This document shows positions 1-10,970 of a DNA stretch of 64,000 nucleotides, piece by piece. Origin of the DNA: an uncultured delta proteobacterium (GTDB lineage: Bacteria; Desulfobacterota; Binatia; UBA9968). Under the pieces are notes generated by a model that saw only the letters and a program-made list of their open reading frames with translations, ran no database searches and was not told the origin of the DNA. How positions within the stretch are numbered: the first letter of the stretch is position 1; each line of letters starts with the position of its first letter. The position numbers and the translations under genes are program-made. Where the stretch lies: the NCBI GenBank assembly GCA_963745035.1, contig CAVUVW010000027.1, positions 256,001 through 320,000 of the forward strand, given 5' to 3'.

Positions 1-599
1 CGGCAGTGATGAGCCCGATGCGCGGCCTCGGCTTGCCGGAGTTCGATCCGATCTATCAAACGGCCGAGCGGCTTGGAGTTCCCATCGCCGTGCACAGCGG
101 GCCGGCAGTGGAGTTGGGGTTGGATCACATAAAATCTTTCGCGGGCGTCTATCCGCTGAGCCATCCCTTCGCTCAGATGCAGCAGCTCACGAGTATGATG
201 ATTCACGGCGTGTTTGAACGGTTCCCCCGGCTGCGCGTAGCGTATCTCGAAGCGGGCTGCGGTTGGGTGCCGTATCTGGCGGACCGTTTGGATGAGAGCT
301 GGGAGCACCGGATCAAGCGCTGGCCGCACCCGACGAAGAAGTCCCCGAGCGAAATCATGCGTGGCGGGAAGCTCTATTACTCGTGCGAGCGCGAAGAAAA
401 AACATTGGCGACGGTGGCCGAATTGATCGGAGCGGAGCAAATCCTATGGGCATCCGATTTTCCCCACGAGCGGCCGTGGGAGGAGTTCAGCGGCGACATC
501 GATACTTTGATCAACCGCAAGGACTTGCCGGAATTGCTCAGCCGGAAAATCTTGTGCGAGAACCCACAAAGGCTTTACAACCTAAAGATGAACCTTTGA
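1..599 (+). CDS. Amidohydrolase family 2 protein (5' end outside window)
   Basis: Motifs PIAVH, GVFERFPRLRVAYLEAGCGWVP and WASDFPH, typical of LigW/ACMSD-like amidohydrolases. Confidence 0.85.
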   Translation, partial: AVMSPMRGLGLPEFDPIYQTAERLGVPIAVHSGPAVELGLDHIKSFAGVYPLSHPFAQMQQLTSMMIHGVFERFPRLRVAYLEAGCGWVPYLADRLDESWEHRIKRWPHPTKKSPSEIMRGGKLYYSCEREEKTLATVAELIGAEQILWASDFPHERPWEEFSGDIDTLINRKDLPELLSRKILCENPQRLYNLKMNL

Positions 600-616
600 A
601 CGGATAGTGACTCAGG

Positions 617-1535
617 ATGCGTATTTTGATCACCGGTGCCGGCTTGATCGGCACGCACACGGCCAAAGAATTAACGGAGCGCGGCGATGAAGTCACGTTT
701 TTCGATTTCGCGCCCAAACCGGATTACATTCGCCGCGTGACGGGCCGGGACTTGAGTGCGATTCGCGCGCGACATTCGCGATCTGGCCGCGCTTGTGGAC
801 GCATTTCATCGCGTCCGTCCCGAGTGCGTGATTCACCTGGCGGCTTCCGTGGGCGAAGCCAATATCGACAACGTTTATACCGGCTTTCAAGTCAACCTGG
901 TGGCGACGATCAATGTCGCCGAGGCCGCGCGGCTTGCGGGCGTGCGCCGCATCGTTCACGCCAGCACCCAGGCGCTTTACCGCGGCGAGGATCCGAATGA
1001 GCTTCTCCATGAAGATTCGCCGCTCGATAGCAGGGGACGGGTCTACAACGCCGCCAAGCTTGGCTGCGAGCATGTGCTAAGAACCTATGCCGCGAGACAC
1101 GGGGTTGAGTTGGCGCTACTGCGGTTCGCCGGAGTGTACGGATATCATTCCGTTGCCGGCGGGCCGGGTGTTGCGGTCCAACAAGCCGTCTGGGCGGCGA
1201 TGGCGGGCAAGCCGGTGGAGCTCAACGTTTACGAAAGCGTTGATTTCGTTTACGCCAAGGATCTTGCCAACGGCATTGCCCTTGCCGCGCATGCAACGCC
1301 GCTCAAGCATCAGGTTTACAATCTCGGCAGCGGCATGCTCACGACGGTCGGCAACGTCGAGGCGGCACTGAGGAGAATCTTTCCGGACGCGAAAATGACC
1401 CGAGGAAAACTCACTCCCGCCCGGCCGCGCATGGACATCACGCGCGCGCGGGCGGAGTTGGGATACAACCCGGAGTACAAACTAGAAGCCGGCTTGCGCG
1501 ACTACATCGCGGAGTTGCAGAAGCAACCGCTCTAA
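617..1535 (+). CDS. NAD-dependent epimerase/dehydratase (extended SDR), frameshift near 770
   Basis: GAGLIG Rossmann motif in ORF 617 and YxxxK (YNAAK) in ORF 756-1535; the two frames join near 770. Confidence 0.85.
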
Positions 1536-1624
1536 AAGGATGTAGCGCATTATGGGTCTAGCGAATGGAACGCAACCGGCTTGCGTAGCCGGGCACAGTC
1601 AATTCGTTGAATGTACTGAGACGA

Positions 1625-2552
1625 TCATTTCTGAGTCCGCCGCTGGCGATACAGTTCCACGAGCTTTCGCCTAACCAGTTCTTCGCCTCCCGGAAGCAGA
1701 TCAAATTTCGTGATGTTGTCGGTTTTTCGTAGGATTTCCTTCCCTTCTTTGTCTTGATCCATGCGGAGAAGAACGTCTTTGAGCCGCTTTACCGTGGATT
1801 CGGGCAAGTCCTTGCGCACGGATACAAGATGGCGCGGCACCGGTTCGCTTTCACCGAGAGTAGAAATCTCCGCTCTATTCTTATCCTCGAGCGCACTATA
1901 ATCGTCGGTGCTAAAAGCTCCCGCCGCCACTTTTTGTTGCGTAACGAGATTGAAAATGTCTTTGGCGCTCTTGGCAAAGATGTAGCCGATTTCGTTCTTC
2001 GGGACCTTGCTTCCGAGGTCTGCCTTTTGCTCGACGGAAAAGCCCTTCTTGAGCAGAAAGAGCTTGGGCAGAAAATAGCCGGAGGTTGAACCGGGGTCTT
2101 CAAAGGCAATGATTTTGCCCTGCAGATCTTTGAACTCCGTGATGCCGCTCTCTTTCTTCGTAAATAGGAGACTTCGGTAGTCCGCCATTCCGCCTTTCCA
2201 GGATCTTAGCAGGAGCTTCGCGGCGCCCAGCCGATTGATCAGATAGGTGGGATAGGGACTCTCCATGTAGAAATCCACGTGCTTCTCTTCGAGCAGTTTG
2301 ATCATCTGCCCGGCGCTCGGCGCGACGACTACCGCTCCTTTGGTTTGATGCGTTGCAGAGAGTTCACGGGCTGCATATTCCACCAGTGGGCGAAAGTGTT
2401 GCTCCAGCGGTTCGCGCGGCCCCTGAAAGACAACGCCCAATGCGAGACGTTTGACTACCTGGCGGTTGCGCTTGCGCATGGCAGTCAACAAATAGGACAA
2501 AGACCGAGGCGGAAACTAGCGCCACAACAAGGTCGTGCGACCATTTTTTCAT
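1625..2552 (-). CDS. PhnD-like phosphate/phosphonate substrate-binding protein, frameshift near 2460
   Basis: IAFEDPGSTSGY motif; the signal peptide (MKKWSHDLVVALVSASVFVLFVDCHAQA) lies in the overlapping frame 2364-2552. Confidence 0.8.
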
Positions 2553-2843
2553 CCTTTCACCTCAAACTTTCCGCCTTTGCGAGGCAGAGATCTCACTAGG
2601 GAGCAAGCCACGAGGCTGAGCTTAGACAACATGAACTTCCGCTGTCAAACTACAGTCCCAGTGCGCGCACCTCAATCATCAGCTGCGTGCCATGGTGCAT
2701 CTCTGATGAGTCTGTCAAACTGGAAAGTCCAACTCCGGAGTCGGTGGAAGCGGCCATGTTGACGAACCCAACAGGCGAATAGTAGTAAGGACGAAAACCA
2801 TCGTCATGTTCGGCACATTTATTTAAACGACCGAGGAACGCTT

Positions 2844-3813
2844 ATGAAGATCGCAGTAATTGACGATTATCAAGATGCTTTTAAGACGTTGAGGTGTTTT
2901 CCCAAATTGAGCGGCCACGAGGTCGTGGTTTACACCGACACGGAAACGGATGTCGGCAAGCTCGCCGAGCGGCTGAAAGACGCCGACGCCGTGGTTCTCA
3001 CCCAGCAACGATCGAATTTCCCGCGCGCGCTCATCGAAAAGCTGCCGAAGCTGAAGCTCATCGGGCAAACCGGACGGGCTGCGACTCATGTCGATCTGGC
3101 AGCTTGCACGGAGAGGGGCATCGTCGTATCGGCCGGCGGCGCGGGCAGCCCGAATCCGACCGCGGAGCTGACCTGGGGATTGATTCTCAGCGCGCTCAGA
3201 AATCTGCCCTACGAGGTCAGGCAATTGCAGCAGGGTCGGTGGCAATCGACCTTGGGCACGAGCGTAAAGGGCAAGACTCTGGGCATTTATGCATTCGGCA
3301 AGATTGGCAGCATCGTTGCCGGCGTCGGCAAGGCGTTCGGCGCGCGGGTAGTGTGCTGGGGACGGGAGGGTTCCACGGGCCGCGCCAAGGCGGCCGGCTT
3401 TGAAGTAGCGAAGAGCCGGGAGGAATTTTTCGCCGAAGCCGATATTCTGAGCCTCCACCTGCCGCTCAACAAGGAAACGCGCGGGATCGTCACGCGCGAG
3501 GATCTGGCGCGCATGAAACCGACGGCGCTGATCGTCAACGCGAGCCGCGCAGGCTTGATCGCCGACGGCGCGTTGGTCGACGCGCTCAAAGCCGGACGGC
3601 CGGGCGGCGCGGCAGTGGACGTCTATGAGAAGGAGCCTCGTCGCCGATCATCCGTTGCTCAAGATGGACAACGTGACCTGCACGCCGCATCTGGGATACG
3701 TCACGCGGGAAACCTACGAGGACTATTACGCCGTGGTAGTGGACGATATCGTCAGCTTCGCCGCCGGCAAGCCGAGCAACGTGCTGAATTCGGAAGCACT
3801 CGGCAAGAAATAA
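2844..3813 (+). CDS. D-2-hydroxyacid dehydrogenase family protein, frameshift near 3637
   Basis: GIYAFGKIG, SLHLPL, IVNASRA and AVDVY motifs; C-terminal HPLL..NVTCTPHLGY lies in frame 3625-3813, stop TAA 3811-3813. Confidence 0.88.
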
Positions 3814-3830
3814 AAACTGCAGCGGCGACC

Positions 3831-4505
3831 ATGCGTATTCTCGTCGTAGAGGACGACAAAAAGATTGCTTCCTTCGTTGCCAACGGGTTGAGGGAAGCAG
3901 GATTTGTCGTCGATCACAGCGACAACGGCTTCGCCGGCCTCCAACACGCCCTGCGCCAGCCTTATGACGCCGCGGTGGTCGACGTGATGCTGCCCAAGCT
4001 CGACGGTCTGAGCTTGATCGAGCGATTGCGCGACGAGAAAATTCTCACGCCGGTATTGATCTTGAGCGCGAAGCGTTCCGTCGACGACCGGGTACGGGGG
4101 CTTCAGACGGGCGGCGATGATTACTTGACGAAACCCTTCTCATTCAGTGAACTCCTGGCACGGGTGCAGGCGCTAATTCGCAGAGCAGGCCGCGAACCGG
4201 AGCCCACTTGGTTGGAGGTCGGCGACCTTACCATGAACCTATTGACGCGTGAAGTTAGGCGCGCCGGAAAAAAGCTCAATCTGCAACCCCGCGAGTTCGC
4301 CCTGTTGCAGTATCTGTTGCGCAATCCCAACCAGGTAGTTTCCAAGACCATGATCATCGAGCATGTGTGGGGCTACGATTTCGATCCTTTAACCAACATC
4401 GTCGATGTGCTGGTCTCCCGGCTACGCAATAAAGTGGACCGAGATTTCGAAGGGAAGTTGATCCGTACGCACCGCGGAGTAGGTTATGCGCTTCAAATAT
4501 CTTGA
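3831..4505 (+). CDS. OmpR-family response regulator (CusR/CzcR-like)
   Basis: Own ATG at 3831 (MRILVVEDD), DVMLP phospho-Asp, KPF, and winged-helix end RGVGY. Confidence 0.93.
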   Translation: MRILVVEDDKKIASFVANGLREAGFVVDHSDNGFAGLQHALRQPYDAAVVDVMLPKLDGLSLIERLRDEKILTPVLILSAKRSVDDRVRGLQTGGDDYLTKPFSFSELLARVQALIRRAGREPEPTWLEVGDLTMNLLTREVRRAGKKLNLQPREFALLQYLLRNPNQVVSKTMIIEHVWGYDFDPLTNIVDVLVSRLRNKVDRDFEGKLIRTHRGVGYALQIS

Positions 4506-5886
4506 GCGCTTTCAAAAAACCCTCGCCTTCCGGCTCACGTTTTGGTACTCGGCGATCTTTATTCTCGGCTTTTTGTTCCTTGCGGTAGTTTCTTACTTGT
4601 TCGTGTTCGCCTCGCTCCGCGACAACCGGCCGGCGATCCGAGCGGCTCTTGCTCAATACACCACGTTGGCGGAACGGGGTGGCGTCCAGGCCATCGAAAA
4701 CGCTGTGCGTGAGCAGGCAAAGCCGAGCCGCCGAACCTCATTTTTCGTGCGCGTCGTAGACGCCGACAACAAAACGATATTCTTGAGTAATCCGCGTTTA
4801 TGGGCGAGTTTCGATCTAACCCGACCGCAGGATCAACTGGTCGAAGGTCAATGGCATTACTACACGTCCAGACGCGACGGTGATTTGTTGGAAGTGGTGT
4901 CGGCGCGCCTGCGAGACCGAAGTTTGTTGCAGGTTGGTAAAGGCATTCGGGAGCGAAACGATGTTCTCGAGCATTTTCGCGATGCTCTGCTCGCCACGAC
5001 GATACCAATGGTTCTCATCGGCTTCAGCGGAGGAGCGTTTTTGGCGTTTCGCGCCCTCAGGCCGATTCGCAACATCAGCGTTGCCGCGAGATCGATCGTC
5101 AATACCGCGCGCTTCGACACGCGCGTCCCCGAGACGCACGGCAGCGACGAGTTGAACGAGCTGGTGCGGCTTTTCAACCAGATGCTGGCGAAAATCGAAA
5201 TGTTAATTCACGGCATGGCGCAGTCGCTAGATAACGTTGCCCATGACTTGCGCACGCCGGTCACGCGCTTCAGAGGAATGGCGGAACAGGCGCTGCGGTC
5301 CGGCGCCAGCCCCGAAGCTTTGCGCGAGGCCTTGGCCGATTGCCTGGAAGAGTCCGAGCGGGTTATGTCGATGCTCAACACGCTCATGGACGTTTCCGAG
5401 GCCGAAACTGGCACGATGAGGCTGTCGCCGGAGGATATCGATGTAACGACGCTGGTTGCCGAAGTCGCCGAGCTCTATCACGACACCGCCGAAGACAAGG
5501 GAATCGAGATTTCAACCCATACACCGGAGAAGATCGATTTGCGCGCCGATCGTTCAAGACTGCGCCAAGTGCTTGCGAACCTTGTCGACAACGCCGTCAA
5601 ATACACTTCGCCGGGCGGGCGCGTCGAGATCGAGACATTCCAAGATGGCCAATCCGTCGTTCTGCTCGTCAAAGACAATGGCAGCGGCATACCCCCTGAA
5701 GAAATTCCTCAGATCTGGGATCGCCTTTACCGCGGCGACAGGAGCCGTTCGCAGCGGGGGCTCGGCCTGGGACTAAGTGTGGTAAAGGCCGTAGTCGAGG
5801 CACATCGCGGCCGCGTTGAAGCTTCGAGCGATCCCCGCGGCGGTTCCGTCTTCTCAGTCTACCTGCCATCCTCGCAGGCCGGCTAA
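4486..5886 (+). CDS. HAMP-domain sensor histidine kinase
   Basis: Two TM helices, HAMP domain, H-box AHDLRTP, N-box NLVDNAVKY, G boxes DNGSGI and GLGLGL; overlaps the end of the response regulator. Confidence 0.93.
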   Translation: MRFKYLERFQKTLAFRLTFWYSAIFILGFLFLAVVSYLFVFASLRDNRPAIRAALAQYTTLAERGGVQAIENAVREQAKPSRRTSFFVRVVDADNKTIFLSNPRLWASFDLTRPQDQLVEGQWHYYTSRRDGDLLEVVSARLRDRSLLQVGKGIRERNDVLEHFRDALLATTIPMVLIGFSGGAFLAFRALRPIRNISVAARSIVNTARFDTRVPETHGSDELNELVRLFNQMLAKIEMLIHGMAQSLDNVAHDLRTPVTRFRGMAEQALRSGASPEALREALADCLEESERVMSMLNTLMDVSEAETGTMRLSPEDIDVTTLVAEVAELYHDTAEDKGIEISTHTPEKIDLRADRSRLRQVLANLVDNAVKYTSPGGRVEIETFQDGQSVVLLVKDNGSGIPPEEIPQIWDRLYRGDRSRSQRGLGLGLSVVKAVVEAHRGRVEASSDPRGGSVFSVYLPSSQAG

Positions 5887-5892
5887 TCAATA

Positions 5893-5931
5893 CCTTTCAA
5901 AACTGTAATCGCCCGGCAACTCCCCGGCAAT
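5893..5931 (+). promoter_or_regulatory. Putative OmpR/CusR-type binding site upstream of the GT9 gene
   Basis: CTTTCAAAACTGTAATC followed by half-sites TGTAAT (5904), GGCAAC (5915) and GGCAAT (5926) at 11-bp period. Confidence 0.45.
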
Positions 5932-5976
5932 GTTTCCTCGTTACTTCGCGACCCCCACGATGTAACACTGTTTCAT

Positions 5977-7164
5977 GTGCTTTTTTGCCCCGAGCTTCCG
6001 CCCGTGAGCAGGCGCGACCGGAAGACGGCTCTTCGCTATCGCTTAGATCGAGCCGTGCGCAATTTCGTTATGGCGCTGATGACGCGGCTTACACCCGACC
6101 TCCGCGACGAGAGGTTCGAACTCCAACCGCAAAAAATCCAGAAAATTCTCATCGTGCGCAGTGTGTTTCGCATGGGAGATGCCATCCTGGCGACACCGGC
6201 CATTTGGTTGTTCCGCAACAATTTCCCCGCAGCGCAAATCGATTTCGTCGGCCCACCAATATCCAGACGTCTCTTCGAAAATCTACCGATCGATAGTCAC
6301 TACGCGATCTGTAAAACCTTCCCACGCGCTGGCTGGTCTTACATCGCGCTTCTGAAGCAGCTTCGCGCCACAAGCTACGATCTGGCTTTTGACGCCAGCG
6401 GATCGAGCGCTGCGTTGGGCGCGTTCATCATCGGTTTTTCCGGCGCGCGGCTGCGCGTCGGATTGAGCGGAAGGTGGGACCGCTGGTTCAACGTTCGCCT
6501 CCAGCGGCCAGCGACATTGAACAAGTATTACACTGTTCCCGAACTGATCGGTTCCTTGGGATTGGAAAGCCGGAGAATATACCCGAAGCTGCTCTTGGCC
6601 CCAGCGGAGATCAAGGAGGGCAGAAGCCGAATTCAGAGTCTTGTGCGGCGCGCCGAGGCGCCGATCGTCGGCGTTTTCGTCGGGGGAAGAAAAGCGCGGG
6701 GAAAGCGCTGGCGCAAAGAAAATTTCGCCGAACTCGCCCGCCGGCTCGGTGGCGCGGGGACGCAACCGCTTATTTTCATCGGACCGGAAGAGCGAGACTG
6801 GCTTGCCTATTTTCAGAGAGAATCGGCTGGCGTTACGCCGACGATCTTCGAACCGGACGTGCGAAAATTCGCGTCGCTCGTCGCCAACTGCAATCTCTTC
6901 GTGGCCTGCGACGGCGGTCCGGTGCATCTCGCTTGCGCGCTTCGCGTTCGAACCGTAGCCATTTTTTTCGCATCGGATGCCAATCGGTGGGGGCCGCCTG
7001 CTCAGCTCGGACGCATCGTCAGCGGCGAGGATGCATCCGTGGACGCCGTTCTCGAGGCTTGCCGCGAGGAATTGCGCGAGTTTTCACAAAAGATCCGCTC
7101 GTTGGGCAGTCTTCCCGCGTGCTCCGACGATCCAAAAGACAAGCTGCGCCGAAGTTCATCATGA
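5977..7164 (+). CDS. Glycosyltransferase family 9 (LPS heptosyltransferase-like)
   Basis: RMGDAILATP, KRW and CDGGPVHLA motifs; start codon uncertain. Confidence 0.85.
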   Translation: MLFCPELPPVSRRDRKTALRYRLDRAVRNFVMALMTRLTPDLRDERFELQPQKIQKILIVRSVFRMGDAILATPAIWLFRNNFPAAQIDFVGPPISRRLFENLPIDSHYAICKTFPRAGWSYIALLKQLRATSYDLAFDASGSSAALGAFIIGFSGARLRVGLSGRWDRWFNVRLQRPATLNKYYTVPELIGSLGLESRRIYPKLLLAPAEIKEGRSRIQSLVRRAEAPIVGVFVGGRKARGKRWRKENFAELARRLGGAGTQPLIFIGPEERDWLAYFQRESAGVTPTIFEPDVRKFASLVANCNLFVACDGGPVHLACALRVRTVAIFFASDANRWGPPAQLGRIVSGEDASVDAVLEACREELREFSQKIRSLGSLPACSDDPKDKLRRSSS

Positions 7165-7661
7165 CAGCCGTGAGCGCATATCCGCCATCATTAGTCAGAT
7201 CCAAGACGCTCGGAGCGTTTTGAGGCGTGGTTTTGATTTCTTTCTGCGCTGAGGTTTTGTGTTTTCTAACCGGACAAAGGGAGAAATGCAAAAATTGCGG
7301 GAAAAATATTGCTGCTCGAAAATTGGGTGACGACGCATCCCGACTTCGTGCCGCAACTCGACAAGCCGATCTATTTTTCGATCTTGTCGCTCTTCCTATC
7401 GGCTCTTCGGGTTCTCCGAGCGGTCGCTGTGGCTGCCATCCGAAGGAAGTTTTCCCCACCGTAAACTTGACAACGGCTAAGCCATCAGGAAATCTTTACC
7501 GTTAACACGGGAGCGCGACTCAGACCTATTATCCGACACTAAATCGACAATGTTTCGCTCGTTGCGGGCGCTCGCGGTGGGCTACTGTCTTATTGGAGAG
7601 TCCCGCGACAGAGCCGATAAGCGGCCTGCGCATCCAACCACCAGCATCGATGTCATCGTCC

Positions 7662-9365
7662 ATGCGCAATCTGCTCTTTCGATCCAGCAACCCGGAAAAC
7701 AATCCGCTTTTACACATGCTGCTGCTCGGCGCGCTCTGCGGCGCGCTTTATTTTCCCTATCTCGGCTCCATTCCCTTTTTTGACAAAGGCGAAGTGCGCG
7801 AAGCGCTCGCCGTGCAGGACATCGTCCAACGGGGCGAATGGCTCGTGCCGCTGAAGCGCGCCACCATTCCATCCAAGCCGCCGTTGTTTCACTGGTCCGC
7901 CGCTTTGGTTACGCAGCTTACCGGGGCAATGACCGAGGCGACGATCCGCTTCCCGTCTGCCTTGTACGCGACTCTTGGTCTCTTGCTGGTCTACTGGCTC
8001 GGCCGCAAGATCTACGACGCGAGAACCGGGCTCCTCGGCGCGGCGATCCTGGCGACGATGATGACCTATCAGGACCAGGCGCTCAGCGCGCGCGTCGACA
8101 TGACGCTCTGTTTTTTCGTCACGTTGAGCCTGGCGCTTTTTTATTCTCTCTACCGCGGCCATCTGAAAAATCCGCTGTGGTTCTATGTATTCTACGCCGT
8201 GGTGGGCATCGGCACCTTGGCGAAAGGACCGTTGAGCGTCATCCTTACCGGTTTGGTCGCCGGGACGTTCGCGCTCGTCGAACGACGGTGGGGTCTGATC
8301 CGCAAATTCAGCTTTCATCCCGGGGTCATTATGATGATCGTATTGGCGAGCGCCTGGTACGTGATCGCTGTCACGCGCGGCGGCGAAGGATTTTTCGACC
8401 GCCAGATCCTGGAGGAAAATCTCAGTCGGTTCGTCGGCGGCTCCGGGCACAGTCGTCCGGTTTATTATTACGTTCCTTATTTATTCGCGAAGACTTTGCC
8501 GTGGGGGTTTTTCCTGCCGCTCCTGCTCTGGGACCTGTTCCGCAAGGGCTTTCATGAAGGCGGCGACGCGCTTTTTTTGAAGCTCTGGTTGCTGGCGATG
8601 TTCGTGTTTTTTTCGGTCTCGGTCGGAAAACGTCCGGTCTATTTGCTGCCGCTCTATCCCGCGGTGGCTTTGCTGCTGGCCGCGTGGTTCTATGCGCCGT
8701 CAAACCCGGGCAGGGGCCGGCTTGCGATCTATCGGTGTTTCGGCGCCTTTGCCGCGCTGACGGGCGGCCTTCTGCTGGTCATTACATTAGGAGCGCTCTG
8801 GAGCCACGATCCCGGATGGTTCTTCGCGCCCATTGAAGGGTTCCTCAGGCCCAAGGACCGCGCCAACGTCATGGCGGTGAGAAACCATCTGGATAATTTC
8901 GGTTGGATATTCACCCTGCTGTCGCTGTGCGCGGCGGCGCTGTGGCTCTCCATGGTCCGATTTCTCTGGCACGGACGGATGCGCGCCGTCGCGCATCATC
9001 TTGTGGCGATCACGCTCATTCACGTCACGATCGGCTTCTCCCTGGTCATGCCCGTCATCGCGCAAGGAAAAAGTTATCGGGACTTCATGAGCGAAGTAAA
9101 TCGGCGGGTCAAGCCCGAAGAGAAGCTTTATATCCACGGCGATTTCAACGACGACACAGTGGTGTTTTATCGCGGCGGCGCGATTGAAAGGTTAGCCGAG
9201 CCCCTTGAGGCCTTGGCGCCGAAGCTGGGCAGAGGCGACGCGTTCATTATCATGCCCGCGCGCCCAACTGCCGCCGGGCTTTTGCCTCCGCCAGTACTGA
9301 AGAGTGAAGGTTCCGGTCCTGAACGCGACGCCCCGCTTGTGTTGATGCAGGCGGACCTTCCGTAG
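7662..9365 (+). CDS. ArnT/GT39-like polyprenyl-phosphate-sugar transferase (lipid A modification)
   Basis: SKPPLFHW, ARVD, LAKGP and KRPVYLLP motifs with about 12 TM helices; start codon uncertain. Confidence 0.85.
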   Translation: MRNLLFRSSNPENNPLLHMLLLGALCGALYFPYLGSIPFFDKGEVREALAVQDIVQRGEWLVPLKRATIPSKPPLFHWSAALVTQLTGAMTEATIRFPSALYATLGLLLVYWLGRKIYDARTGLLGAAILATMMTYQDQALSARVDMTLCFFVTLSLALFYSLYRGHLKNPLWFYVFYAVVGIGTLAKGPLSVILTGLVAGTFALVERRWGLIRKFSFHPGVIMMIVLASAWYVIAVTRGGEGFFDRQILEENLSRFVGGSGHSRPVYYYVPYLFAKTLPWGFFLPLLLWDLFRKGFHEGGDALFLKLWLLAMFVFFSVSVGKRPVYLLPLYPAVALLLAAWFYAPSNPGRGRLAIYRCFGAFAALTGGLLLVITLGALWSHDPGWFFAPIEGFLRPKDRANVMAVRNHLDNFGWIFTLLSLCAAALWLSMVRFLWHGRMRAVAHHLVAITLIHVTIGFSLVMPVIAQGKSYRDFMSEVNRRVKPEEKLYIHGDFNDDTVVFYRGGAIERLAEPLEALAPKLGRGDAFIIMPARPTAAGLLPPPVLKSEGSGPERDAPLVLMQADLP

Positions 9366-9472
9366 CAGCCTGTTGGCTGGGTGTGGCCCCGGCACTGCTG
9401 CAGAAATTGTGATCGGTTAAATGGGATCACGTTTTAGGACCAGCGACAAAGCGGCTATCTGAAGCCAATTTT

Positions 9473-9820
9473 CTAACGGGGCGGAAGCGGTGCCGCTCCG
9501 ACTATGACTTTCATCAGCTCGACAACCTCCGGATCGCGCGGAAGTTCGCCGATGGCCCTTTCCTGCATTTCGCCTGTCAAAGGAGCCGCCTCATTACCGA
9601 CAAGTTTTTTGTGAGTTACGTGAAACTCGGGATCGTCGAACGTCTTATTAAACGCTTCGCACAGAATTTTTACCCTCTCAACGGGAGTTCCTGGAGGAAG
9701 AAAAAACGGCGCTCCCAAGGCGAAATGCGCGATGCATGGCCATCAGCTTTCGCTCCTTGTCCGATTTCGCGATATTTTCAAGATCCGGATGGTGCATGAA
9801 TTGCGGATGCTTGGACCGAT
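9473..9820 (-). pseudogene. C-terminal remnant of a Bug/TctC-like substrate-binding protein
   Basis: Reads KHPQF..AKSDKERKLMAMHRAFR/PFFLPPGTPVERVKIL..DPEF..PLPPR across a frameshift; no N-terminal part visible. Confidence 0.6.
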
Positions 9821-10070
9821 AGCCATCAGATCTCTTCGCTTCGCGCAAAGTTTACTTGTTGGTGTCTTTAAATTCCTCAGTATTATGATGGATGTTTGTT
9901 ATGTCGCAACGAAGCGAGCGTTATTCCACAGGCAGGGCGGTTGCCAATAGATGTGCAAAGGAGCGGGAACCTCAATAGGCCGCATTACGTTGACTCGAAC
10001 AATGCGCGCGGTGTCTGAGCGGAAGTTTGAATGCGCGGCAAGTCGCTGTAGGTGGCTGCGGGCTACCTAT

Positions 10071-10970
10071 TTATTCCCGAAGTTTGTCGACTATCAATCT
10101 CTTTACGAGTTCGACGTTCGCTCTCGGCGTCGCGCGCGAGCGTTCGACGAGCATGATGTGGGCTTTCGACAATTGGAGATTCTTGAGGCTAAGTTTTTTA
10201 AGGCTGCCAGTTCTTATATCGCCGTGAACGACGAATTGCGGCAGGACAGCGACGCCGAGCCCCGCCTTAGCGGCTTCGGTGCGGCCTTGAAGCGTGCTGA
10301 TTTGCAGGGTTGTGGCCGGCTCCGGCAGCCCGCTTTGGCCGCTCAACTGGTCGAGCATTTCGGAGTTGCCATTGTCGCGTATGCCGACAATGAAACGAGA
10401 CGTCTCGAGTTGTCGCACTGAGATCCTCCTCTGTTTCGCCAGCGCGTGCCTGGACGATACGACTAAACACAAAGGTTCCGGCCTGAGCGGCGTCACCTTA
10501 AAACCTTTTGGGGGCAGATCCGAGAGCACGACGGCGAAATCTAGAGAGCCCTGCTGCAAGAGTTGATAAATCAGCGCCCGAGGATGCGTGATCAGGAGAA
10601 TTTTCAGTTTTGATAAATCACTGAGGATGCTTTGAACAACTTTCGGCAGTAAGAATGTCCCTACCGCCCGCGTGGCGCCAATCTTCACCTCGCCGAGATT
10701 GCCGCTGCTGAGATCTCTGAGCGAGTGGGATAGGGCATCAACCCTGGTGATGATCTCGTTCGCATAGGTAAAGAATATCTCGCCCGCTTCTGTGAGCTTA
10801 AGGGGACGCTGGGATCGATCGATTAACTTGATGCCGGCTTGTTCCTCGATCTTGGCGATCTGGGTGCTGGTGGCCGATTGCGACCGATGCAGCTTGCCGC
10901 TCGCGATGCTGAAGCTTCTGCACGTCGCGAGAGTGACAAAAGCGCGCAAACTATCGGTCGAAAGGTCCAT
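10071..10970 (-). CDS. LysR-family transcriptional regulator
   Basis: N-terminal HTH (SFSIAS..LHRSQSATSTQI..E..LT.AG) plus substrate-binding domain; divergent from the catabolic cluster. Confidence 0.92.
   Translation of the reverse strand: MDLSTDSLRAFVTLATCRSFSIASGKLHRSQSATSTQIAKIEEQAGIKLIDRSQRPLKLTEAGEIFFTYANEIITRVDALSHSLRDLSSGNLGEVKIGATRAVGTFLLPKVVQSILSDLSKLKILLITHPRALIYQLLQQGSLDFAVVLSDLPPKGFKVTPLRPEPLCLVVSSRHALAKQRRISVRQLETSRFIVGIRDNGNSEMLDQLSGQSGLPEPATTLQISTLQGRTEAAKAGLGVAVLPQFVVHGDIRTGSLKKLSLKNLQLSKAHIMLVERSRATPRANVELVKRLIVDKLRE

Noticed and set aside
2844-4505. 553-aa dehydrogenase-response regulator fusion
   Set aside because: Artefact of a frameshift near 3637. The true dehydrogenase C-terminus with its catalytic His is in another frame ending at 3813, and the regulator has its own ATG at 3831.
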